Assembly (NCBI GenBank): GCA_965216465.1
Contig: CBDCFW010000006.1
Span: 326,440 to 390,439, forward strand
Source of the DNA: Bacteroidia bacterium
GTDB lineage: Bacteria > Bacteroidota > Bacteroidia > NS11-12g > UBA9320
Direction: 5' to 3'
Length of the DNA: 64,000 nt
In this document: positions 48,332-57,368 of the stretch, piece after piece
Numbering within the stretch: the first letter of the stretch is position 1
Layout: each line of letters opens with the position of its first letter
Position numbers and translations under genes: made by a program
Notes under the pieces: generated by a model
The model's database searches: none
The model's input: the letters and a program-made list of their open reading frames with translations, nothing else
What the model was told of the DNA's origin: nothing

Positions 48332-49548
48332 TTAACAGGCATTTTTACTTGACCTTTACTATCTAAAACATATCGAGTTAATGAGCTCTGTTTTGTCTCG
48401 TCGATAGTTTGAACGAGTACCACTAAATCCTCCCCCTCGGTTGTTGAACCCATAGCTAGCTGAAACAACTCAGTAGATCCTAAAGGGGCATTCCATTGTT
48501 CTAATCCTTCTCGGTTTATGAACTGCACTATCGCCTCTTTGGGAGAATAAATACTAACAGAAAAATCATGTGACTTAGTCGCTCCCAAAATCACATAACC
48601 TTCCCTATAGGAATTCATTTCTTGAAACCTAAAATAACCTTTTGATATATACCCATTTCGGTCTTTTTCTTTTGTCATTTGAGCAGTCATATGATTTAAT
48701 ACAACAGACCTACGGTACGGTGAAGTGGTTTGAAGTTGGTGAGCAAACATATAGCGTTGGTTTGGTAAGAGAATGGTCTTGCTTCTTAGATTTACATGCC
48801 GTTCTAAAGGACCATTTCCAAGCTGATTTACTCCCATTCGATCTCCAATTCCTATCAGGCTTAAGTCGGTACTTGAAACCTTTTGAGAATACATTTGCAC
48901 CACATAATGAACTCCTAATTGAGCTGCTACCTGGCACAAAATTTCATCGTTGTTTATCTGTATAATATCTACAATATGAGATTGAAAATTAGGGTCTGGG
49001 TGGTCCGATACTGTTATGATAGTATCTGAAGGGCTATATTTAGCCAAGAGCTGTCGTGTTTCTCCGACTCCGGTTCTACCTGCAACAATGAGGGAACCGT
49101 CTGAAGCTTCAATAACACTTAGCCACTGTTCCAAGGCACCAGAGTCAGTTAGCACCTCATTAAGTATAACTCCTTCTTGATTGATTGTGCACAGCAACGC
49201 TTTTGAATCTCCAAAGTCTGCTCCTTTTTCCAGAGCAAGTGTGTAGCCCACGGCCACATAATCTCCATTTGCTTTTTGAATAACATCGGTAAAATTTCCG
49301 TTATGGTATTCCGGATATGTTTGGTGAAATTTGGGTTTAAGATCAGCATCCAACACAAGAATAGTTGGAACATCATTAGAAGAACCAACAACTACAAATT
49401 CGTTGTCTTTGTTCACAATGGTTTTTTCCATTCGATCAAAGTCTGCACATCGGTAAATTTTGAGCTGATTTGAATCAAGCACTTGCTCCTGACGTGTACA
49501 AGAGAAGAGGTTAGCAACAAGGATTATTATGATAAATCTATTGATCAA
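48328..49548 (-). CDS. Paralogous lipoprotein, type I (pair 2).
   Basis: The lipobox is LFSCTR. TILVLDADLKPKFHQTYPEYHNGNFTDVIQKANGDYVAVGYT parallels the pair-1 type-I protein. Confidence 0.6.
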   Translation of the reverse strand: MINRFIIIILVANLFSCTRQEQVLDSNQLKIYRCADFDRMEKTIVNKDNEFVVVGSSNDVPTILVLDADLKPKFHQTYPEYHNGNFTDVIQKANGDYVAVGYTLALEKGADFGDSKALLCTINQEGVILNEVLTDSGALEQWLSVIEASDGSLIVAGRTGVGETRQLLAKYSPSDTIITVSDHPDPNFQSHIVDIIQINNDEILCQVAAQLGVHYVVQMYSQKVSSTDLSLIGIGDRMGVNQLGNGPLERHVNLRSKTILLPNQRYMFAHQLQTTSPYRRSVVLNHMTAQMTKEKDRNGYISKGYFRFQEMNSYREGYVILGATKSHDFSVSIYSPKEAIVQFINREGLEQWNAPLGSTELFQLAMGSTTEGEDLVVLVQTIDETKQSSLTRYVLDSKGQVKMPVK

Positions 49549-49653
49549 GTTTGAGGTTATACCGTTAACAGTCTTTGCAATATAACGATTTAAAAAACAA
49601 CCGATAACTCAATGCAAAAATGAGAGTTGCATATTATTTACTATCTTCCACCA

Positions 49654-50076
49654 ATGAAGTATGGTTTCTGGGTTCTGATTTGCGTGTCTTTATTGTTTGG
49701 TTGTGCAACCGAGCAAAAAGTAGAGCCCATGGAAGCAGAAGACCTTTTAACCTTAGATGGTTGGTGGCCTGTTTATGCATTTCAAAATGGCATTGAAACA
49801 CCGTTAGCCTCATGCAGTAAGGAGATAGAAATCTTTTATCGTCTAGATGGAACAGGAAGCCGTCATAGATATACCCCATGCGACACATTGGATCCAGCAC
49901 AACAAGACTTTGAGTGGGAACTGATTAACAACAACCACCAAATTGTTATCATAAATAATGGCGTAAGAGACACGAACACCATTGTAAAATTAACCAAAGA
50001 CGTATTCAAGGTTAAGTGGGAGCTTGACCAGTTTGGCGGTATTGTTGAAGTTTTAGAGCTTGAACTTCGTCATTGA
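49654..50076 (+). CDS. Small lipoprotein (lipocalin-like size), hypothetical.
   Basis: ATG at 49654 gives MKYGFWVLICVSLLFGCATEQ. The protein is about 140 aa. Confidence 0.45.
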   Translation: MKYGFWVLICVSLLFGCATEQKVEPMEAEDLLTLDGWWPVYAFQNGIETPLASCSKEIEIFYRLDGTGSRHRYTPCDTLDPAQQDFEWELINNNHQIVIINNGVRDTNTIVKLTKDVFKVKWELDQFGGIVEVLELELRH

Positions 50077-50172
50077 AGGGCAACGAAATTTGCATTTTTT
50101 TCAAGGTCTGAAAGAAAACTTGCCTGATTCTATTCAAAAAGTAGTTGTATTTATTTCACCTATATTTGTTAG

Positions 50173-51393
50173 ATGCAGGTTACCCCTAAAATTTTGAAAT
50201 TGCTATTAGTTTCATTGCTCTGGGTATCGTGCAAGCCTGACAAAATTCCTGCTGAAAACCAAACAATTCGTTTACATAACCAACATGAATTCGATGACGT
50301 GCGTAAGGCTATACACATGTCAGATGGTAGTTCTGTATACATCGGAGTGAGCGGTGGTCAACCCTCAGTTCTAGCATTGAACAGTGATTTTAGTCTGAAG
50401 TATTTTAAACGATTTTCTGACTATGGACCAGGAGGTTTTAATAACGTATGTGAAATGACTAATGGTGATATTGCAATAGTGGGCTACACCAATTCTTCGA
50501 CTCTTGGTGCTTCTGCAGCAAATAGAAATGCTTTGATGATCCGCATAAATCAAGAAGGCGATTTCATCTCATATTTCACGGATACAACAAACAATGCTAA
50601 CGATCAATTTACCGCAGTTAAAAGTTTGCAAAATGAAGAGCTACTTTTATCTAGCTATTCAGGAACCCGGGTAACCACATTCCAGCTCAATGCAAATTCA
50701 AAGTTAGTGAATAGCCGCAAGGAATGGTTTAACGGCAATGAGGTAAGAGAAGGCTATTGCAATTCGTTATTTACAGCACCGAATGGCAAATATGTTGAAA
50801 TAGGAAATCATACAGTCAGTCAGTTGTCTACCGCGATGACTTTATATGCTATCGAAATTTATGCCGATCAGCTTACAAAACCTAACAATTTGAACACCTA
50901 CCGTGCCTATAATCCGAGGTCTTGGAACAATGTTGCTAAGTTTGCACCAATTCGAGGAGAAGCATGTCCATCAGAAAACAACGGAGGCTTATTTTATGGA
51001 ACTACTAATTTTTCAGACAATAAATATTCTATATTACTTTTAGGAATGCATAACGCGGGGGGCATCTATCTTGAACGCCAGTTCTATGGAAATGGTCAAG
51101 CCGTTTTTCAGAATATGGTACCTTTTAGCAAGGGGTATCTTTTATTAGGTTCTACCGTAGACTCAACCAAAAGTTTTCAAGCGAACACCTACGACACCTA
51201 CATCGCTGCCATAGATGAACAAGGCAACTTATTATGGGAACAAACCATCCATTCTGAGTCAAGAGGTGAATCGGCACTTTCGGCACACGAAGAAGATGGA
51301 ATTATCAGAGTCTCTGGCTTTACACAAACCAAAAATTCGAATTTTAGCTTTTTACAAGTATATCACGACATCAATGGCAACTTAATTCATTAG
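50173..51393 (+). CDS. Paralogous lipoprotein, type I (pair 3).
   Basis: The lipobox is WVSCKP. SVLALNSDFSLKYFKRFSDYGPGGFNNVCEMTNGDIAIVGYT matches the type-I motif. Confidence 0.6.
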   Translation: MQVTPKILKLLLVSLLWVSCKPDKIPAENQTIRLHNQHEFDDVRKAIHMSDGSSVYIGVSGGQPSVLALNSDFSLKYFKRFSDYGPGGFNNVCEMTNGDIAIVGYTNSSTLGASAANRNALMIRINQEGDFISYFTDTTNNANDQFTAVKSLQNEELLLSSYSGTRVTTFQLNANSKLVNSRKEWFNGNEVREGYCNSLFTAPNGKYVEIGNHTVSQLSTAMTLYAIEIYADQLTKPNNLNTYRAYNPRSWNNVAKFAPIRGEACPSENNGGLFYGTTNFSDNKYSILLLGMHNAGGIYLERQFYGNGQAVFQNMVPFSKGYLLLGSTVDSTKSFQANTYDTYIAAIDEQGNLLWEQTIHSESRGESALSAHEEDGIIRVSGFTQTKNSNFSFLQVYHDINGNLIH

Positions 51394-51397
51394 AATC

Positions 51398-52684
51398 ATG
51401 AAATACGTCTCTTTTAAAATATTCACTTTAATCCTATTAACCGTTGCAGCAAGTTCATGCAAGAAAGATGACGTAGCGGATCGAAGCAGTGGTCTGTTTG
51501 CCGGAATTTACGAGCACAATGGAAGCAATGCAACTAACGAATTAATTCCGTTTAATTTGAGTTGCGCAATTGAAAGCAGTACAGGGCACCTGTATACCAC
51601 ATCAACAGAAAATATCTCCCCAGATATATTCTTAGTCGTTATGAAAACAGATGCCGAAGGCAACAAAGAATGGATTAAAAGCTATCCTGTGCTTAGACGA
51701 TTGGATACCAATATTTGGAACATCATAGAGTTGGAAGATGGTACACTTTTTATAAACTCAAGAAGAACAGATGAAATTTTGAGAATTAATTCAGAAGGAG
51801 ACATCATCTATCATAAAACGTTTATCGATGATTGGGATAACGAACTGCAAACCGAAGCCATCTCAGAACCATTGGTTCAGGAAGACGGCACGCTGTATCT
51901 TTCTGCACGTTATAGTGGATCCAGATTCAACCCTCCCACTAAAGTAAAAACGGTTTCAATAGACGAAAATGGTGATGCAATTGTCCTTCAGCAGTGGACT
52001 GATGAGAATTTTGCGACTATACTATATCACAATGTGGTATATGTTGATGTTGCCAACGATTCTGTATGGTATATCAGTAGTGCACCGGTTAAACAAGGTA
52101 TAAATTCAACAGTACTGTTAAATTTTCATCAACAAAATCTTGGAGAAATTCCGACGGGTTGGTCTGATATGCTTTCGCCTCCAGAAGATACCGCAAACAA
52201 TTTGGGAATTGTGCCCAATCATAGTTTAAGCGGTCCGCAACGCCACGGAACGGAGTTGCTTGTGTTATCTTCTCCTGATTTAGCTTTTGGAGTACCAATT
52301 CCAAATGGAAATCCAATTCGGTTTTGCAGATCTACAATTGATTGGGCAGCTGATGTTTATAAGGAGCGGAAATTAATTCATCATCCCACTTATTCTTATA
52401 GTGCTCGTTCGTTTACACGGACCGAAGAAGGCGAGTATTATATCTGTGGTGTAGTTGATCAAGGACTTCCTTCAGAAAAAGCATTTTTGGTAAAGCTGAA
52501 TAACGATTTAGAAGTAGTTTTAGAAAAATACGACTATGATGAAACATATCGGTTTAACCATATCAGCATGTGTGAAGATGGTAACTTACTAATTTGTGGC
52601 TACACCATTGGTTCGGGGCAAGGAAATGACACCAAAACTAAATGGAACTTACTTTGTCGTTTGGATGCTGATGGGTCATTATAG
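51398..52684 (+). CDS. Paralogous lipoprotein, type II (pair 3).
   Basis: The lipobox is ASSCKK. It begins 5 bp after the type-I stop. EDGTLFINSRRTDEILRINSEGDII resembles the type-II blades. Confidence 0.6.
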   Translation: MKYVSFKIFTLILLTVAASSCKKDDVADRSSGLFAGIYEHNGSNATNELIPFNLSCAIESSTGHLYTTSTENISPDIFLVVMKTDAEGNKEWIKSYPVLRRLDTNIWNIIELEDGTLFINSRRTDEILRINSEGDIIYHKTFIDDWDNELQTEAISEPLVQEDGTLYLSARYSGSRFNPPTKVKTVSIDENGDAIVLQQWTDENFATILYHNVVYVDVANDSVWYISSAPVKQGINSTVLLNFHQQNLGEIPTGWSDMLSPPEDTANNLGIVPNHSLSGPQRHGTELLVLSSPDLAFGVPIPNGNPIRFCRSTIDWAADVYKERKLIHHPTYSYSARSFTRTEEGEYYICGVVDQGLPSEKAFLVKLNNDLEVVLEKYDYDETYRFNHISMCEDGNLLICGYTIGSGQGNDTKTKWNLLCRLDADGSL

Positions 52685-52829
52685 ATGTATTAACATCATT
52701 ATTTGTCTTCGAATCAACCTCCATCCTCTCACGCTCCATGCTCCCAAACCCAATCAAGCTTCCCATCATATTTCCTTACACCAAAAAATGCACATTCATG
52801 TAGGTAGTTTTCTACTTCGTATCAGAGTT

Positions 52830-55207
52830 TCACTCCTTAACCCACCTTCCTCTATACACCCCATTATCGTTACGTATTTCCACTATGTATATACCTGAAT
52901 CAAGTCCTTGAACATTTATGGAATTTGAAAAGAGCTGTTTAGTCATAACCAAAGCTCCTTGTAAGTTATAAATGCGTAATTCTCCCTGATGGATATCGCC
53001 TACTTTGATAAAGTCAATACCAGGATTAGGATATAGTTTAAGATTTTGGGGTGTTTGCTCAATTCCAGCACCACTTATCACCGTGATGGTTATTTCTGCA
53101 CTAGAGGAACATCCAAATTTATCTAATACGGTTACCGAGTATGTATAATCTCCATGTGTAAAGTCTTGTCCAACAATGTTCAAGGTATCAAAGCTATCTT
53201 GTGTATTCCAAGCATAGTTTACAAATCCTTCTCCTGGGGAGAGTTTGGCTGAGCTGTCTCTAGGAAGTTTGAAATCCCCGCCTAAACTTATGTCTTGAGG
53301 TGTATGCACATGAATGGTTGCGGTATCCGAATAGAAAGCATCCCCACATTGATTATACCAATAAACACGATACCTGTCTCCACTATCAGAATCCTGCAAA
53401 CTTGAGAAAGGAAATTTTGAAGTGTTATTCGAAGCACTTAAAAAGGCTGAACCGTTGTCACTCTTTTCCCAAAGACTTGTTAGATTTACCCCTCTAGCAA
53501 TACCGGTTAATGTATCACTCAATGCTTCGCATAATTCAATATCCGCTGGCATCTCTTCAACGTCTATTCGATCAGCCAAAGCTTGTACTTCAAAAGGCCC
53601 TATATCAGATGTATCATCCCATATTCTTTCGTATCCGTTAAGATCACTTAGCTTACTAAGAATGTCTGCATGAACACTTCCTTTGTAGTATATTGGAATA
53701 GGCTGTGCGTAACCTTTATTAAAACCGTATGGCCGTCTTGAGCATGTTTGAGTAAGCGTGAAATCACCATTTGCCGTATCTTTAAATTTTGGATAATCTT
53801 CTAAGCAGTCTTGGTATACCCCGGAAAATGTAAAAGTAGAATCAAATCGGTCTTGGATGGTGCTTGTTCCTCCGCCGAGTATACAATTGTAAAATTCACT
53901 TGGCACTTTATTTCCTTCATCAATAGATAAATTAACAACATCCCCGTAATAGTTTCTATTGTTCCAAAATATGCAGTTGTAAAACTTAAAATGGGCGTTA
54001 TCTACATATTCTGCAGCGCTTGAGTTTCTTGGGTAGGTAGTATTATCTGTAGGACTTTTCCACTTTCTGTAATTGTTTACAAAGGCACAGTTTATCATCG
54101 TTACATCTTCAGTCGTCGTAATCCCTATTGAATTTCTTGTAAACAGACAATTAATTATTCTTGCATGACTTACATCGCGAATAAGCCCTATTGCTCTTCT
54201 ATTATTTATGAATTTACAATTGTATATCATTGATGCCGATGCCTCCTTCCCCCCAATACACCCTGCAGTAGTCGTACTGTTCTTAAATGTACAATTCTGA
54301 ATCACGCCTTTAGTGCAATTCCTAGTAAACGACACATCACCAGCAAATATTGATTCTCCAAAGGTTCCGTCGAATGTACAGTTATCAACCACTCCTGTAA
54401 AATCAAACAAGCGAAGAGTGGTGAACTCATTATTTTTGAAATAACAAGATGTAATATTCGCAAGTTTTGATAAACCTATGGCATCGGAATAAATGTCTTG
54501 AAAAAAACAATTTTCGATGTTGAATTCTTCTCCATTAGTAACTTCACCAACAGATATGCCTGAATAGCAATTTATAAATGTGCAATCAGAAACTTTGAAA
54601 TTTCCTCGTAGTAAAATTCCAGATGTCAAGTTTTTTGAAATGGAATAGGACCCAAACGGTTGATTGTCAAAAAACTTACAATCTGACATCCAGCAATCAC
54701 CGTCTCTGACATCCACTCCACTATTCACTCTTCTAAACGTACTGTTCTTAATTCTAAGTGGTGAAGAAGCCATGCTTTGTATTCCAACAGAGCGAATAGA
54801 AGAGTTAAAACCCGGTTGTTTTAGCCAGGTGAATTGTCTATTTGATGAATGGGTATACTCAACTAGGCAATAATCGAAAGAATTAGTATCGCTATCTGGA
54901 TTGTTAACAATAACAACTCCACCCCAACCAACTAATGAGTCAGAACATGTAAGCATAATTTTGTCGCTTGAAGTCCCAATACATTTGATGTTTCCTCTTA
55001 CTATCAGTTTTACCGTATCTGCGAAGTCCATAGTCACACCAGCTTCAACTATTAATAAACTGTCTGCTGGCACAGTTACATTGTCAGAAACATAATATGG
55101 GCTACTGGCCTTGGACAGTGTTCCTGAGAGTGTACCTCCAGAAATTGTAGTCTGTGCAAAGTTTAAAAGTGGTGTTAAGAGTAAAAATAGTAAATAGAAG
55201 TTTTTCA
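52830..55207 (-). CDS. T9SS cargo protein with right-handed parallel beta-helix (pectate-lyase-like) repeats and a Por C-terminal sorting domain.
   Basis: The start is at MKNFYLLFLLLTPLLNFAQ (55207). NC(T/K/L/A)F..N... repeats resemble PbH1 units. The CTD is YPNPGIDFIKVG...GIYIVEIRNDNGVYRGRWVKE. Confidence 0.7.
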
Positions 55208-55325
55208 TACGTCGAATATAATTATTTAACAATGTTAGAATTAAGTTCGAAGAAAAAATCATCTTAATGTCTAGGTTGTGAGTTAGGAGAATGACCAGAA
55301 AAATTTTTAGAAATAATCCCCACAA

Positions 55326-55387
55326 ACTTTAGCTCCATCAACGTCTTCTTTGGAGTGGCTAGTGCGTGGCAAGGGACGTTGATGACA
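55326..55387. repeat. Intergenic palindromic repeat, copy A (5' module only, with a 10-bp inverted repeat).
   Basis: CTTTAGCTCCATCAACGTCTTCTTTGGAGTGGCTAGTGCGTGGCA is about 90% identical to 55925-55969. The inverted repeat is CATCAACGTC (55337-46) and GACGTTGATG (55375-84). Confidence 0.6.
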
Positions 55388-55540
55388 ATCTAAAAAATGA
55401 TCTGTAGTTTGTGATAAGATGATTTGCCTTTTTTCGTTGATAGAAAGAGGCACTAGAATGTTAGTATGTTGTGTAGTCATCATGAGCGGGTTAAAGTGAC
55501 AATGATGTACCTCTATTTATCTTCATAAAACTTGTGGGTA

Positions 55541-55594
55541 CCAAATGTCAAAATTAATCCTCAACGTACTCTACGAGAGACGTTGTGGCAGAGT
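55541..55594. repeat. Intergenic palindromic repeat, copy C (3' hairpin module).
   Basis: CAAAATTAATCCTCAACGTACTCTACGAGAGACGTTGTGG contains the stem CCTCAACGT/ACGTTGTGG. It is homologous to 55970-56026 and 56424-56478. Confidence 0.55.
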
Positions 55595-55619
55595 AAACAT
55601 TGTTCTAACTCACGAATAC

Positions 55620-55910
55620 TTAATCGTGTTGCTCGTAAAACTCTAATACAGTATTTTCTCTTTCTAATTTCTCAGCCAGTACCCTTGCCTCTTGCTCATC
55701 TTTGTAATTGCATAAAATAGCTAGTACAGATTTACTTAAATCTTTTTTGTCCAAATAGCTTACTTCATTAACTTCAAATCTTACGTTATCTAAATGAAAA
55801 ATTTGGCCAACCATAATCTCACCATCTAAAATGTCTAGGCCAATAACTAGTTTTTGTCTAGACGGCAGGTAAAATGAATCAACTACTTTGGCTTCAGCTG
55901 TTCTGACCAT
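55620..55910 (-). CDS. Hypothetical protein flanked by repeat copies.
   Basis: The ORF is 96 aa with no recognisable motif. It lies between repeat copies C and B. Confidence 0.35.
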   Translation of the reverse strand: MVRTAEAKVVDSFYLPSRQKLVIGLDILDGEIMVGQIFHLDNVRFEVNEVSYLDKKDLSKSVLAILCNYKDEQEARVLAEKLERENTVLEFYEQHD

Positions 55911-55924
55911 ATATCAAATATATA

Positions 55925-56026
55925 CTTTAGCTCCATCAACGTCTCCTTTGGAGTGGATAGTGCGTGGCACATGCCAAAATTAGAACTTTATCCTCAACAC
56001 CCTCTCCGAGAGACGTTGAGGGAGTA
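55925..56026. repeat. Intergenic palindromic repeat, copy B (full element, 5' module plus hairpin module).
   Basis: CTTTAGCTCCATCAACGTCTCCTTTGGAGTGGATAGTGCGTGGCA is followed by CATGCCAAAATTAGAACTTTATCCTCAACACCCTCTCCGAGAGACGTTGAGGGAGTA. Confidence 0.6.
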
Positions 56027-56057
56027 TTATTTTATCTGTCTAATGTATAAAATTTAA

Positions 56058-56369
56058 GTGTTGAGGTCATCCTACTGTTTGATTGTATTTCAGTTTTACG
56101 CTTTCATAAACCAAATTATGTCTTGCAGTTTGGAGCTTTTACCTAAATTTGGAAATGACAAACTTTTTATGATTATTGGCCAACTAATAGTACAAATTTT
56201 AAATTTTTCCATAATTGCTTTGCCGATTATCCTAGTTACTATATTTGTTAGAAAACCTAAGCAGAAGTTAGGTTTTTATGTTACTTATTCTATACTAACA
56301 TTAATTGCAATGTGGGTGATGTACTATTTTAGTATCGCTCTTGAATTTGCTGACGGAATGGGACCTTAG
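56058..56369 (+). CDS. Small hypothetical membrane protein flanked by repeat copies.
   Basis: The ORF is 103 aa with 2-3 hydrophobic helices. It lies between repeat copies B and D, and its start is uncertain. Confidence 0.35.
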   Translation: MLRSSYCLIVFQFYAFINQIMSCSLELLPKFGNDKLFMIIGQLIVQILNFSIIALPIILVTIFVRKPKQKLGFYVTYSILTLIAMWVMYYFSIALEFADGMGP

Positions 56370-56372
56370 TAA

Positions 56373-56478
56373 TTTCAACTTCATCAACTTCTCCTTTTGC
56401 TTGTCCGGTGTGTAGCCAAGTGTCAATATTAGAAATTAATCCTCAACGTCCTATTCGAGAGACGTTGAGGGGAGTAAT
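56373..56478. repeat. Intergenic palindromic repeat, copy D (full but diverged; perfect 10-bp stem).
   Basis: ...CATCAACTTCTCCTTTTGCTTGTCCGGTGTGTAGCCAAGTGTCAATATTAGAAATTAATCCTCAACGTCCTATTCGAGAGACGTTGAGGGGAGTA. The stem CCTCAACGTC/GACGTTGAGG is perfect. Confidence 0.55.
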
Positions 56479-56499
56479 GTAAAATCAACCCACAAAAAA

Positions 56500-56521
56500 G
56501 GCCCCTCCAAACAGAGGGGCC
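56500..56521 (-). terminator. Hairpin plus T-tract downstream of the partial tRNA-Asp copy.
   Basis: The forward sequence is GGCCCCTCcaaacaGAGGGGCC, preceded by A6. On the minus strand this is a hairpin followed by a T-tract. Confidence 0.5.
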
Positions 56522-56534
56522 TTATGAAAATCTG

Positions 56535-56594
56535 CGGTCTGGACGGGACTCGAACCCGTCCCCAAAGCCTTGGGGATGACAGGCAGGTATCTCC
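56535..56594 (-). pseudogene. Partial tRNA-Asp copy (3' segment: anticodon-stem region, T-arm and acceptor 3' strand) with a disrupted anticodon/variable region.
   Basis: The forward sequence is cGGTCTGGACGGGACTCGAACCCgtccccaaagccttggggatGACAGGCAGGTAtctcc. The first 27 nt and GACAGGCAGGTA are identical to tRNA-Asp at 56650-56723. The D-arm and 5' acceptor are missing. Confidence 0.6.
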
Positions 56595-56605
56595 AAAATC
56601 AACCC

Positions 56606-56636
56606 ACAAAAAAAGCCACTTCAAACGAAGAGGCCT
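56606..56636 (-). terminator. Rho-independent terminator of tRNA-Asp.
   Basis: On the minus strand the hairpin GCCTCTTCgtttGAAGTGGC (one mismatch) is followed by T7. Confidence 0.55.
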
Positions 56637-56649
56637 TTATGAAAATCTG

Positions 56650-56723
56650 CGGTCTGGACGGGACTCGAACCCGCGACCCCCTGCGTGACAGGCAGGTATT
56701 CTAACCAACTGAACTACCAGACC
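56650..56723 (-). tRNA. tRNA-Asp (anticodon GTC).
   Basis: The minus-strand sequence is GGTCTGG-TA-GTTC-AGTTGGTTA-GAAT-A-CCTGC-CTGTCAC-GCAGG-GGGTC-GCGGG-TTCGAGT-CCCGT-CCAGACC-G, which is the canonical bacterial tRNA-Asp. Confidence 0.9.
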
Positions 56724-56740
56724 TTGGTTTTTCAGGAGTG

Positions 56741-56769
56741 CAAATATAAACTCTCCTCAATTATTACAA
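56741..56769 (-). promoter_or_regulatory. Candidate Bacteroidetes promoter for tRNA-Asp (-33 TTG, -7 TATATTTG).
   Basis: On the minus strand TATATTTG (fwd 56741-48) and TTG (fwd 56767-69) are present. The 17-nt gap between the -7 box and the tRNA 5' end is consistent with a processed leader. Confidence 0.4.
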
Positions 56770-56786
56770 ATTAATTTTTTATTTTT

Positions 56787-57368
56787 TTACGATTTCTTCG
56801 TAACTAGCTCAACCTCACCTTCTCGCAACGCATATCGCTCCCCACTAGCACCGCATTTAGCCATCCCATCTTCATCAAACTCCAATCGCTCTCCGTGTCT
56901 GCTCATCCACCCCATCTGTCTGCTCGGATTTCCTACCATCAACCCATACGCCGGAACATCCTTCGTTACCACACATCCAGCTCCAATAAAACTGTATTCT
57001 CCCAACGTAATTCCACATACTATCGTTGCGTTTGCACCTATCGTAGCTCCCTTTTTAACCAAGGTATCCCTAAACTCATCCTTCCGCGACACTGCACTCC
57101 GTGGATTTATCACATTCGTAAACACTGCACTTGGACCAATAAACACATCATCCTCACAAACAACCCCAGTATATATGCTCACATTGTTCTGAACCTTAAC
57201 ACCTTTGCCTAAGGTAACACCCGGACTCACAACAACATTCTGGCCAATATTGCAATCTTCACCGATCACAGCCGACTTCATGATATGACTGAAATGCCAA
57301 ATCTTGGTGCCTTTTCCAATAACACACCCTTCATCAATTTCTGCGGTATGGTGAGCAAAGTAATCCAT
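56787..57368 (-). CDS. Hexapeptide-repeat (left-handed beta-helix) sugar N-acetyltransferase, WbpD/WlbB-like.
   Basis: Repeated [LIV]G..[ST]...[LIV] hexapeptides are present (VIGEDCNIGQNVVVSPGVTLGKGVKVQNNVSIY...). It is translationally coupled to uxs. Confidence 0.7.
   Translation of the reverse strand: MDYFAHHTAEIDEGCVIGKGTKIWHFSHIMKSAVIGEDCNIGQNVVVSPGVTLGKGVKVQNNVSIYTGVVCEDDVFIGPSAVFTNVINPRSAVSRKDEFRDTLVKKGATIGANATIVCGITLGEYSFIGAGCVVTKDVPAYGLMVGNPSRQMGWMSRHGERLEFDEDGMAKCGASGERYALREGEVELVTKKS

Noticed and set aside
55318-56480. Possibility that the repeats are a CRISPR array.
   Set aside because: The units have different lengths and module content. The spacing is irregular, ranging from 150 to 350 bp. 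Two ORFs lie between copies. No cas genes are present.
56485-56723. Calling the tRNA-Asp tandem region an intact integrative mobile element.
   Set aside because: Only the att-like partial tRNA copy is present. There is no integrase, excisionase or cargo between the copies. It is reported instead as a scar or duplication.
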